Source: Magnetococcales bacterium (GTDB taxonomy: Bacteria > Pseudomonadota > Magnetococcia > Magnetococcales > JADGAQ01). Taken from it: 64,000 nt of DNA. Under the pieces are notes generated by a model. It did no database searches. It was not told the DNA's origin and was given only the letters and a program-made list of their open reading frames with translations. The DNA lies in the NCBI GenBank assembly GCA_015231925.1, contig JADGAQ010000002.1, positions 4,791 through 68,790 of the forward strand, given 5' to 3'. Below, one piece after another: positions 27,589-36,679 of this stretch (the stretch's first letter is position 1; each line of letters starts with the position of its first letter). The translations under genes were made by a program, and so were the position numbers.

Positions 27589-27816
27589 ATGAACACCTCC
27601 GCCAAACTCCTTGATGCCATGCAGACCAACCCCACCGACTGGAGGATCACCCAATTGCAGACGGTGGCCCAGCAGTACGGGATCACCTGGCGGCACAAGG
27701 GGACAAGCCATTGTTATTTCATGCGTGAAGACGGAGCCGTCCTTTCTGTGCCAGCCCAGCGCCCCATCAAACCGATCTACATCAAAAAATTCATTCTGTT
27801 CGTGAAAGGGGGCTGA
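27589..27816 (+). CDS. hicA: HicA-family mRNA interferase toxin
   Basis: 75 aa. ...WRHKGTSHCYF...LSVPAQRPIKPIYIKKFILFV matches the HicA pattern (GSH..F, VP..kpIKP.Y.K.f). ATG 27589 is preferred over the TTG at 27553. Confidence 0.7.
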   Translation: MNTSAKLLDAMQTNPTDWRITQLQTVAQQYGITWRHKGTSHCYFMREDGAVLSVPAQRPIKPIYIKKFILFVKGG

Positions 27817-27818
27817 CC

Positions 27819-28193
27819 GTGTATAAACCCGAAGATTACCCCTTCGAAATCAGGCCACTGGATCCGGAAGAAGGCGGCGGCTACCTGATCTCCTTCCCGG
27901 ACTTCTGCGAATGCCTCTCGGACGGCGAAACACCGGCGGAAGCGATTGAAAACGGCTTGGATGCCCTGCGAGGCCTGATCACACTCTTTGTGGAAGAGGG
28001 ACGCCCCCTACCAGCACCCCTGTCCGGCGGCTTTTCCGGAAAATTCGTGGCCAGAGTTCCCAAAACCCTGCATGCCCATCTCTCCGCCAGAGCCAAAGCG
28101 GAAGGGGTCAGTCTGAATACGCTGGTGGTGGCCCTGATCGCCGAAGGACTGGGAAGACGGGAGGCGGGAGAGATCCGAAGCCGTTCTGCATGA
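27819..28193 (+). CDS. hicB: HicB-family antitoxin with C-terminal RHH DNA-binding domain
   Basis: HicB fold N-terminus (FEIRPLDPEEGGGYLISFPDFCECLSDGETPAEAIENG). C-terminus FSGKFVARVPKTLHAHLSARAKAEGVSLNTLVVALIAEGL. The GTG start is 2 nt after the hicA stop. Confidence 0.8.
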   Translation: MYKPEDYPFEIRPLDPEEGGGYLISFPDFCECLSDGETPAEAIENGLDALRGLITLFVEEGRPLPAPLSGGFSGKFVARVPKTLHAHLSARAKAEGVSLNTLVVALIAEGLGRREAGEIRSRSA

Positions 28194-28386
28194 TAAATAG
28201 TGGTCAACCGGATACCATCCGGCGGGTGTGGCGAAAACGGTATCGTTCGATGGGCAATCGACAGGAGCAGGAGACGACCCTTGAAGAATTCTATCGGTTT
28301 TATTTAGGATCGATATAAAATATTATAAGTATGATTTTGACCGATTGATCCATATTTATTAAAAAGATTAATAAAAGATACATTCC

Positions 28387-28444
28387 AAAGTCAAAGGATA
28401 GAACGTTTTCTTTTTTTGATACTTAAAAGATAAATATTGAAAGG
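28387..28444 (-). repeat. TIR60 unit (reverse orientation)
   Basis: AAAGTCAAAGGATAGAACGTTTTCTTTTTTTGATACTTAAAAGATAAATATTGAAAGG. It forms an inverted pair with the copy at 25722. Confidence 0.8.
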
Positions 28445-28680
28445 CCACGGGTTCATTTATCCCGGATCGTCACGGATTCCACTTGCCATTTCTGTCAATT
28501 CGTCATAATAAAACCCCGACGAAGGTGCAGAGGATCCCCTCCCCCAGGCTTCGATCCCGTCAATCCGCATTCCGGCGCTATCTTTGCAATGCAAAACCTT
28601 CGAGACCGGAGAAAATCCGGCTACAATGACATCGTCGAACCCGGATAACCCGAACTGCCTTTCATGGAAGGTGCGTGGTC

Positions 28681-30384
28681 ATGCAAGACGCCAAAACCCC
28701 TGGGACCGCCCCCGACTTCATCCGCTCCATCATTCGCGACGACCTGCTGGCAGGCCGACACCACCGGGTGGTGAGCCGCTTCCCCCCCGAGCCCAACGGC
28801 TACCTCCACATCGGTCACGCCAAATCGATCTGCCTCAACTTCGGCGTGGCCCAGGAGTTCCCGGGTAGCTGGTGCAACATGCGCTTCGACGACACCAACC
28901 CCGCCAAGGAAAACCCGGAATACGTGCGCGCCATCCAGGAAGACGTCGCCTGGCTGGGCTTCGCCTGGCACGGACCCGTGCGCTTCACCTCCGACTACTT
29001 CGAACAGCTCTACACCTACGCCGAAGAGCTGATCGTCAAAGGATTGGCCTACGTCTGCGACCTCAACGCCGACCAGATTCGCGCCACCCGCGGCACCCTG
29101 ACCGAGCCGGGACAAGCCTCCCCCTTCCGGGATCGCACCGTGGAAGAAAACCTCGACCTCTTCCGTCGCATGCGCGTCGGAGAGTTCGAAGACGGCAGCC
29201 GCCTGCTGCGCGCTCGCATCGATATGGCCTCCCCCAACATCAACATGCGGGATCCCGCCCTCTATCGCATTCGCCGGCTGACCCACCATCAGACCGGGGA
29301 TCGCTGGTGCATCTATCCCACTTACGACTATTCCCACCCCATCTCCGATGCCCTCGAAGGCGTCACCCACTCCCTCTGCACCCTGGAGTTCGAAGACCAC
29401 CGGCCCCTCTACGACTGGATCCTGGCCAACGTCTCCGTGCCCTGCCGCCCCCGGCAGATCGAGTTCTCCCGGTTGGAGATGGAATACACCGTCCTCTCCA
29501 AACGCAAACTCAACACCCTGGTCAACGAAGGCTACGTCAGCGGCTGGGATGATCCCCGCATGCCGACCCTCGCCGGTTTGCGTCGTCGCGGTTACACCCC
29601 GGAGGCCATTCGCACCTTCTGTCAACGCATCGGCATCACCAAATCCGCCGGAACCGTGGAGATGGCCCTGCTGGAAAGCTGCCTGCGCGAGGATCTGGAA
29701 GTGCGGGCGCCTCGGGCCATGGCGGTCTTGCGTCCCTTGAAGATCGTGCTGGAGAACTTCCCCAAAAAAGGCGTGGAAGAGATTCAGGCCCCGATTCATC
29801 CCCAAAAACCGGAAATGGGTCAGCGCACCCTGCCCTTCACCCGCGAGATCTACATCGATCGCAACGACTTCCGCGAAGAGGCTCCCAAGCAGTTCAAGCG
29901 GCTGTTGCCGGGTGGAGAGGTTCGGCTGCGCAATGCCTATGTGATTCGCTGCGAAAAGGTGATCAAGGATCCGGTGACCAAGGAGATCGTGGAGTTGCGT
30001 TGCACCTACGATCCGCACACCTTGTCGGCCAATCCCGAAGGGCGCAAGGTGCGGGGCGTGATTCACTGGGTATCGGCCTCACGTTCCCATGCGGCGACGG
30101 TGCGCCTGTATGACCGGTTGTTCACCCATGCCGATCCGGGTGCGGGTTTGGCGGCGGGGCAGGATTTCACCGCCCGGCTTAATGCGGATTCGTTGCAGGT
30201 GTTGGAGAATGCGCGTTTGGAGGAGAGTCTGGGTGGGGCCAGGCGGGGGGTTTCGTATCAGTTCGAGCGGGAGGGGTATTTCGTGCTGGATGCCGATTCA
30301 ACCCCGGAGATGCCGGTGTTCAATCGCACGGTGGCCTTGAAGGACTCCTGGGCCAGGATTTCCGGCAGACCGGAAGAGGAATGA
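28681..30384 (+). CDS. glnS: Glutamine--tRNA ligase
   Basis: Class I HIGH motif ([14 protein letters not shown]), KMSKS-like VLSKRKL and GlnRS-specific blocks. ATG 28681 is preferred. Confidence 0.95.
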   Translation: MQDAKTPGTAPDFIRSIIRDDLLAGRHHRVVSRFPPEPNGYLHIGHAKSICLNFGVAQEFPGSWCNMRFDDTNPAKENPEYVRAIQEDVAWLGFAWHGPVRFTSDYFEQLYTYAEELIVKGLAYVCDLNADQIRATRGTLTEPGQASPFRDRTVEENLDLFRRMRVGEFEDGSRLLRARIDMASPNINMRDPALYRIRRLTHHQTGDRWCIYPTYDYSHPISDALEGVTHSLCTLEFEDHRPLYDWILANVSVPCRPRQIEFSRLEMEYTVLSKRKLNTLVNEGYVSGWDDPRMPTLAGLRRRGYTPEAIRTFCQRIGITKSAGTVEMALLESCLREDLEVRAPRAMAVLRPLKIVLENFPKKGVEEIQAPIHPQKPEMGQRTLPFTREIYIDRNDFREEAPKQFKRLLPGGEVRLRNAYVIRCEKVIKDPVTKEIVELRCTYDPHTLSANPEGRKVRGVIHWVSASRSHAATVRLYDRLFTHADPGAGLAAGQDFTARLNADSLQVLENARLEESLGGARRGVSYQFEREGYFVLDADSTPEMPVFNRTVALKDSWARISGRPEEE

Positions 30385-30387
30385 GCC

Positions 30388-30839
30388 GTTGCCGTTCAAT
30401 ATGTTTCCTTTAAGTATCAAAAAAAGGAAATGTTCTGTCCGTTGACGTGGCCTTGAGCGGGTCGAAGCCAAAAGGAAAGCGCAGCAACCCGATTCCCCGC
30501 ACGACCTTGGTGAACACTTCGACCCGCCGGAGGGGGCAAAGGGAGGGACTCACCCTCCCCCTCCTTGAACTCACCACCCATAATAAGCCATAGCCTGTTC
30601 CAAGCAAAACTTTCGGATCAAACTCAAATCGCGGCGGAATGGCCACGTCCCAAAAGGATGGGGAGGATGAAGCCCTCCCCTTGCCCCCTCCGGCGGGTCG
30701 AAGATGGGACAGGGTTTGGAAGACGGTGCGGAGTTGGGCACTTCTCCTTTTGGCTTCGACCCGCCAAAGGCCAAGGCCACGTCAAAGGACAGAACATTTC
30801 CTTTTTTTGATACTTAAAGGCAACATATTGAACGGCAAC
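30388..30839. mobile_element. TIR60-bounded composite with nested-palindrome cargo
   Basis: Forward TIR60 30388-30446 and reverse TIR60 30775-30839. The interior holds long inverted repeats (GGGTCGAAGCCAAAAGGA.. / ..TCCTTTTGGCTTCGACCC; GGGGGCAAAGGGAGGGACTCACCCTCCCC / GGGGAGGATGAAGCCCTCCCCTTGCCCCC). It fills the glnS/MBL convergent spacer. Confidence 0.8.
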
Positions 30840-30842
30840 TGC

Positions 30843-33461
30843 TTAATAAATACATTTATTGTTCAAGAACGCCGCATACTGCCGGTCCTCTTCTAAAATA
30901 TGATGAACCAACCAATCCGTAAAGAAGCTGCGGAAATCCTCCTTGGCCACTCCCCCACCCTTCAAGACCGCCCAATAGCCCACCACCCTCTCCACCAACC
31001 GTCGATGATGCTCCCGATGCACCGCCAACCCCGGATATCCATAAAGCGCCATCAACGCCTCCTCTTCCGCGAAATGATACCGGGTATAATCCATCAACGC
31101 CTGAAAGGCCCGCTCCAAAGGCGGCATCTCCCCCGCCCGCTGCATCTCGATAATGCCGTTGGCAATCTCCACCAAGGTCTTGTGCTGCGTGTCCATGCGC
31201 AAGACATGCACACTGAACTCCTCCCGCCAACGCAACACCTCCCGATCATTGCCGGCATGCACAATCTGCAAGGTGCGCCGCGTATACGACTCGAACAACT
31301 TCCAGCGAATGACGGGAATGTCCTTCAGCAACTCCCCATCCACCTGATAAACCTCCGTCTCCTCCTCCACCTCCAGCCGGAACAGACACGGCAGACTGAA
31401 TAACGCCCCCTCCTCCCCGAAATAGGCCCCGCGTTCCAGCATATCCAGAAACTCACTGCCCACCAAACGCCGCAACCGCCCGCTGCGCACCAGATTGAGA
31501 CTGGTCAGATCCTGACAGGTGATGCGCTCCCCCGGACGAAACCGCTTGACCCGCGCCCGATCCAATATCTGACTGAGTACCGGATAGGAAACCCCCTCCC
31601 CAAACAGCGTCGTGGTCTGGAAAAAGGACCACTTCTCCCATAACGCCTCGATCTTGGGCAACAAACCATTCAGCCGAACCAACTCCAGATAAAGCCTGCC
31701 GGGAATCCGCAACACCTGCACATAACTGGCCGCCCGATAGGTGGCCGGCGAGATTTGATGATGCAGACACGACTTCTCCCCGATCAACGCCCCCGCCGAC
31801 AGCCGACTCTGCACATTGTCCCGGGAGATGATGCGCTCCACCACCCCACCCAGAATCAACAACACATTGCCCGCCCGAGTGCCCTCCCGCAAAATGATGC
31901 TGCCCGGATTGAACTCCTCCAGATCGTTGTTGAGCAGAATGCGCACCTGATGCACCGGCATGTCCGGAAAATAGATGCGCAAATGCTCGAAAGCCCCACG
32001 GCGCGTGAAATCGGACTTGCCCACGATGAGAATGTCGGAGGTGCCATACGGCGCCGAAGAGCCGATCTCCTTCTCCTCGGAAGTCAACGGCCGCGCCACA
32101 TGCGCCAACAAAATCTTGCCCGAGGCATCCTGCCGGAAATCCTTGGCCTGCCCGTGAATCAACCCCCCGCCAATGTCGATCTTCTTCAAATCGGCGGGCG
32201 TCAGATAGGCCTCCTCCACCCGATTGTAAAACTCCCGACTCACCCCCGGAACAGAAGTGTCCGCCGTGATCATGCCCCGCAACAAATCCAACGGAACGAT
32301 ATCGGCAAAATGGGCATAGGTCTTGTAACCATTGGCCCACAGGGTGCGAAACAGAAAGATGGAGGTCTCCACCGGATGAGGCGAGAAGATAGGCTTGACC
32401 TCCACCCCTTCGATGTCATTCCACACATCGAAGGTCAAATCACAAATGTCGAAGAAATCCCGAAAACGCTCCTCCTCCATGGAAAGGAGCGCGGCAATCT
32501 TCTTCTCCGTCGAGGCCCGCACCAGCGGCGTGGCGAAATAACGGATGCGATGACCCGCCTGCATGAGAGTGGTGATGCCGGCAAAGTGGTCATCATGGGC
32601 ATGGGTGTGGAAAATGCCCTCCACTTCATCAAGCCCCACCCCCAACGCCGTGAGATTCTGCGCCAGATTGGGACCCGCATCCACCAGGAAGATGCGGCCT
32701 TGAAAAACCAGAATGCTTGACATGGCGGGACGATTGACATCCCAACCATCCCCCTCCCCGGAGTGAATAATAGAGAAGTAGTCCCGCACCAGACGCTGAT
32801 GCACCAGCGGATAGGGGGTTTCGTACTGCTCCCGCGGGGAGAGATTGAGATCCACCGCCACCTCCTCCTCCTGAAAGCGGAAGACGTAGTGGTTGGTGGC
32901 GGTGCGCCGGATGAAAAGACCGTTGCGGATTTCCACCTCCGTCTGCTCCACCAGACAGGTGTCGAGCAGCTCCTGGGAGGGACGAATGCGCCCGAAGGCA
33001 AAACGCAGCTTGAGACGCATTTGCTCCTGCGCCGCCTCCCGGGAGAGCCCGGCCTGCATCAGCTCCTCCAGGGAAACCAGCCCGTAATTGCCGCGATAGA
33101 TGTATTGCAACTGGGCGTTGACCTGCTGCGGCAACCCGATGAGCAGCGGCTTGGCCCCGGTATTGTTGGGATGCCCCGGCAGAATCATGCCCTGTTTGTA
33201 GAGCATCTGCAGCACGGGAAACTCACTCAAATTGGCGAAATCCCCGTTCTGCAACATGGTGTCGGAGAGCAGAATGGCGTTGGGCCCGCTTTCGCACGGC
33301 ACCCCCTGCTTCTCCTTCTGCAGGATGAGACCCCGCTTGATCAGATGCTTGACGCTGTCGGCGGGACATCCGCACAAAATGCGCAGATCGGCCAACGGGG
33401 CCTCCACCCAGTAGATGCCTTGGGATACCGCAATTTTATGGAGTTTCTCCATGCCATCCAC
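30843..33461 (-). CDS. MBL-fold hydrolase (class-II-PDE-like HxHxDH) + two cNMP-binding domains + hemerythrin domain
   Basis: FHTHAHDDHFAGI; two cNMP-binding-like domains (GALIGEKSCL...RAASYVQVLRI; GAYFGEEGALF); C-terminal hemerythrin (HKTLVEI...HFAEEEALM...HREHHRRL...WLVHHILEEDRQY). The N-terminal ~230 aa are unassigned. Start is GTG 33461 or ATG 33452. Confidence 0.75.
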   Translation of the reverse strand: MDGMEKLHKIAVSQGIYWVEAPLADLRILCGCPADSVKHLIKRGLILQKEKQGVPCESGPNAILLSDTMLQNGDFANLSEFPVLQMLYKQGMILPGHPNNTGAKPLLIGLPQQVNAQLQYIYRGNYGLVSLEELMQAGLSREAAQEQMRLKLRFAFGRIRPSQELLDTCLVEQTEVEIRNGLFIRRTATNHYVFRFQEEEVAVDLNLSPREQYETPYPLVHQRLVRDYFSIIHSGEGDGWDVNRPAMSSILVFQGRIFLVDAGPNLAQNLTALGVGLDEVEGIFHTHAHDDHFAGITTLMQAGHRIRYFATPLVRASTEKKIAALLSMEEERFRDFFDICDLTFDVWNDIEGVEVKPIFSPHPVETSIFLFRTLWANGYKTYAHFADIVPLDLLRGMITADTSVPGVSREFYNRVEEAYLTPADLKKIDIGGGLIHGQAKDFRQDASGKILLAHVARPLTSEEKEIGSSAPYGTSDILIVGKSDFTRRGAFEHLRIYFPDMPVHQVRILLNNDLEEFNPGSIILREGTRAGNVLLILGGVVERIISRDNVQSRLSAGALIGEKSCLHHQISPATYRAASYVQVLRIPGRLYLELVRLNGLLPKIEALWEKWSFFQTTTLFGEGVSYPVLSQILDRARVKRFRPGERITCQDLTSLNLVRSGRLRRLVGSEFLDMLERGAYFGEEGALFSLPCLFRLEVEEETEVYQVDGELLKDIPVIRWKLFESYTRRTLQIVHAGNDREVLRWREEFSVHVLRMDTQHKTLVEIANGIIEMQRAGEMPPLERAFQALMDYTRYHFAEEEALMALYGYPGLAVHREHHRRLVERVVGYWAVLKGGGVAKEDFRSFFTDWLVHHILEEDRQYAAFLNNKCIY

Positions 33462-33687
33462 CCGCGTCGTTCTTTGGAAGTGGAACTTTATCTATTTTCC
33501 AGTCGATATACTGTGCCGCAATTGCCGTCGGGATACAATACCGGTTTCGGTGCCGGGCAATCGCTTGTAACGACGGGGGACCGGCGGACCCCCGTCGTTA
33601 CCAATCCCACCCGTTTTGCCGCGCAACAGAGCCCAGGTTGCCTATTGTTGCGGAAGAGGGTAACCTTACCCCAGGAGGTGGGCTGCC

Positions 33688-35778
33688 ATGGTCAGTCATA
33701 AGGAACTGGAACAGGTTGAATTGTTTCGCGGGATGAATCTCAAAGTGATCCGCAAGGGATTACGGGGTTCGCGCGTCACCGAACTTGCCGGTGGCCAGGT
33801 GCTTCTCTCACCGGACCACGACAATCATCGCCTGTTCGTTCTGCTCTCCGGACGCCTCGCCATCCATTTCGACCGCCGCGAGCCCCCCGAACGCTACATC
33901 GAACCCGGCGGCGCCGTCGGCGAAAGCTCCCTGCTGGAACGCTCCCGCCCCTCGGCCTTCGTCATCGTGGTGGAACCTTCACGGGTGCTGGAAATCACCG
34001 AGGAGGATCTCTGGTCCCTGATGCGCCTTGACGGCACCGCCGCCGTCAACCTGCTGAAAACCTTGATCACCTGGATGAAATCCAACACCGGAAAGGTGAT
34101 GGCCAAACAACAGAAGCTGATGCAGAGCGAAGCCCGCATCCGCTCCATTCTGGAAACCGCCGTTCACGGCATCATCGTCATCAACGAAGCCGGATTGATC
34201 GAATCCTTCAATCTGGCGGCGGAAAAGATGTTCGGCTATGGCGCACAAGAGGTTTACGGCAAAAACGTCAACCTGTTGATGCCCTCCCCCGATGCCGAAA
34301 ACCACGACGGCTACCTGGACCGCTATCGGGAAACCGGGGTGAAGCGCATCCTGGGCAACGGCCGGGAGCTGTTGGGCAAACGCAAGGACGGCACCCTCTT
34401 TCCCATCGAACTCTCGGTCAGCGAGGTGCCCCTGCCCCAGGGTCGGCTCTTCACCGGCGTGGTCATCGACATCACCGCCCGCAAGGAGGCCCAGGAGCGT
34501 CTGCAAGCCCTGCACAACGCCGCCGACCGTTTCGTGCCCCACCGCTTCATCGAACTGCTTGGCAAGCCGGACATCACCGGCGTGGCCCTCGGCGACAGCA
34601 TCGAAGCCTCGATGACGGTCCTCTTCTCCGATATCCGCGGCTTCACCTCCCTTTGCGAGGTGATGACCCCTCACGAGGTCTTTCTCTTCATCAACGGCTA
34701 CCTGAAACGCATGGAACCGCCGATTCAACAACACGGCGGCGTCATCGACAAGTTCATCGGGGACGCCATCATGGCCCTCTTCCCTGCCTCGCCCGATGAA
34801 GCGGTCCAGGCGGCCCTGGCCATGTGCCAGGAGGTGGACCGATACAATCTGGAACGCATCCACTACCAGAAACTGCCCCTGCGCATGGGCATCGGTCTCA
34901 ATACCGGCCGGGTGATGCTGGGTACCATCGGCGGTCGGGAACGCATGGAAAACACCGTGATCGGCGACGTGGTCAACATCGCCTCCCGCATGGAAGGCCT
35001 GACCAATCAGTACGAAACACGCCTGCTGATCACCCACGAAACCCGTTTCCACCTGCAGCATCCGGAACGCTTCTCCATGCGCCTGATCGACTATCTCCGA
35101 CCACGGGGACGGCAGATGCCGGTGCTGGTTTACGAAGTCTTCGATACCGATGTCGACTCCCTCCGGCACGAGAAACAGATCACCCGCACCCAGTTCGAGG
35201 AGGCGGTGGCCCTCTTCCATCTCGGCGAACTGACCGCGGCCCACGACCTCTTCCTGACCTGCCAAACCCATGGCGGACGGGATCCGGTGGCCAAGATCTA
35301 TCTGGAACGCATCGCCACCTATCTCAAGGAAGGGCGTCTTCCCAACGGGGGATCCGCCGGTCGAGCCATGCTCTGGACCCCGGAACTGGCCATCGGGGTG
35401 GAAAATATCGATAGCCAACACCGTCAGATCATGGAAATGGCCTCTCGGGTGGAAGCGGCTCTCCATTCCCGTCATACCCGGGAGGTTCTGCTCGAATCCA
35501 TGAACTTCCTGATGGATTACACCCTCAACCATTTCAGTGAAGAAGAGACGTTGATGGAGAAATGGGGCTATCCCGCCATGGCTCTGCATCGCGCCAAACA
35601 TCGCGCCTTCACCGTCGACTTCCAGCGTCTCCGGGACGAAATGGCCGGATCGGATCATCGGGAGGCCTATCTGCTGTTCCGCCTGCAGTCGCTGCTTTTC
35701 GACTGGCTGGTCAACCACATCGCCCGGGAAGATCAGAAAATTGGCGTCTACCTGCGTGGCGGAGCGTCAACGGATTGA
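33688..35778 (+). CDS. cNMP-binding + PAS + class III nucleotidyl cyclase + hemerythrin domain protein
   Basis: cNMP-binding domain (GGAVGESSLL...RPSAFVIVVEPSRVLEI), PAS, cyclase motifs (VLFSDIRGFTSL, KFIGDAIMALF, TVIGDVVNIASRMEGLT) and hemerythrin (IDSQHRQIM...HFSEEETLM...HRAKHRAF...WLVNHIAREDQKI). RBS AGGAGG. Confidence 0.85.
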   Translation: MVSHKELEQVELFRGMNLKVIRKGLRGSRVTELAGGQVLLSPDHDNHRLFVLLSGRLAIHFDRREPPERYIEPGGAVGESSLLERSRPSAFVIVVEPSRVLEITEEDLWSLMRLDGTAAVNLLKTLITWMKSNTGKVMAKQQKLMQSEARIRSILETAVHGIIVINEAGLIESFNLAAEKMFGYGAQEVYGKNVNLLMPSPDAENHDGYLDRYRETGVKRILGNGRELLGKRKDGTLFPIELSVSEVPLPQGRLFTGVVIDITARKEAQERLQALHNAADRFVPHRFIELLGKPDITGVALGDSIEASMTVLFSDIRGFTSLCEVMTPHEVFLFINGYLKRMEPPIQQHGGVIDKFIGDAIMALFPASPDEAVQAALAMCQEVDRYNLERIHYQKLPLRMGIGLNTGRVMLGTIGGRERMENTVIGDVVNIASRMEGLTNQYETRLLITHETRFHLQHPERFSMRLIDYLRPRGRQMPVLVYEVFDTDVDSLRHEKQITRTQFEEAVALFHLGELTAAHDLFLTCQTHGGRDPVAKIYLERIATYLKEGRLPNGGSAGRAMLWTPELAIGVENIDSQHRQIMEMASRVEAALHSRHTREVLLESMNFLMDYTLNHFSEEETLMEKWGYPAMALHRAKHRAFTVDFQRLRDEMAGSDHREAYLLFRLQSLLFDWLVNHIAREDQKIGVYLRGGASTD

Positions 35779-36050
35779 GGCTTTGTTGGCACTTTTTGCC
35801 GAAGGCTGGTTGACACACCGCGCGGCAGAAAATGTTTCTGTAATGATAACAATGGGATAAATCAATATTCAATTATTGGCCCGGCACTTGCTACATAATA
35901 AACAAACCGAGGAACGGTGCTCTGGTTGCAGGCTCCAAGAAACTGATCTACTCAATCGACACTAAACGAACGAGCTCTGGAAGCCCACTGCGACGAATGC
36001 ATTTGTCCCCTTCGGAACCCGTCCAGCTCCCCCAGAGGGAGACGACACCA

Positions 36051-36079
36051 CCCGGATCTGCGAAGATCCGGGTTTTTTT
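36051..36079 (+). terminator. Canonical intrinsic terminator about 270 nt downstream of the cyclase gene
   Basis: CCCGGATCT-gcga-AGATCCGGG followed by T7. Confidence 0.8.
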
Positions 36080-36092
36080 ATGCCACAATCTT

Positions 36093-36543
36093 TTGACTTT
36101 CAATATGTTATCTTTTAAATATCAAAAAAAGGAAATGTTCTGTCCTTTGACTTTTCGTGACCATTCACTCCTCCTATTTCTCCCCAGCCCCCGAGGGGCC
36201 ATCTGGTCGGGGGGCTGGACGGAAACGGATGGGGCAAAGGACAGAACATTTCCTTTTTTGGATACGTATACCGTGTCTACTTTGGAATACATAATTTTTC
36301 TGTATCTGTTCAAGTATACGGGGGTTTGGAGGGGATTACCCCCCCCCAACGGGTCCAGGGCAGCGCCCTGGGACTTTTCCTTTCGCCGTTGACTTCGTCA
36401 TATCGCGCTGCGCGGGATCCTGAATAGTTATAGAAAAATTACGCATTCCAAAATGGACACGGTATAAATGAATGAAAAATAAAAAGTCAAAGGATAGAAC
36501 ATTTCCTTTTATTGATACTTAAAAGATAACATATTGAAAGTCA
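36093..36543. mobile_element. TIR60-bounded composite carrying a family-D element
   Basis: Forward TIR60 36093-36152, internal partial reverse copy ~36233-36270, second inverted pair ATACCGTGTC.../...GACACGGTAT, reversed family-D core ~36302-36431, and reverse TIR60 36483-36543. Confidence 0.8.
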
Positions 36544-36679
36544 AATGATTAAAATATATTTCCGCTTGGCTGCAGGAGCATTGCCACACCTCCCCCAACA
36601 GGTGAGGCGTTGCCCCAAACACCCTCAAGGAGGATAATGCTCCCCCCGGCCCACGAATGCTCGAAAACGATCGGATCCC

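Noticed and set aside
35880-36079. The terminator-bounded non-coding region as tmRNA, 6S RNA or SRP RNA.
   Set aside because: It has no tRNA-like 3' end and no ANDxxxALAA-type tag reading frame. It lacks the SRP domain IV motif and the long closing helix expected for 6S RNA. I kept it only as an unclassified sRNA/3'-UTR candidate.
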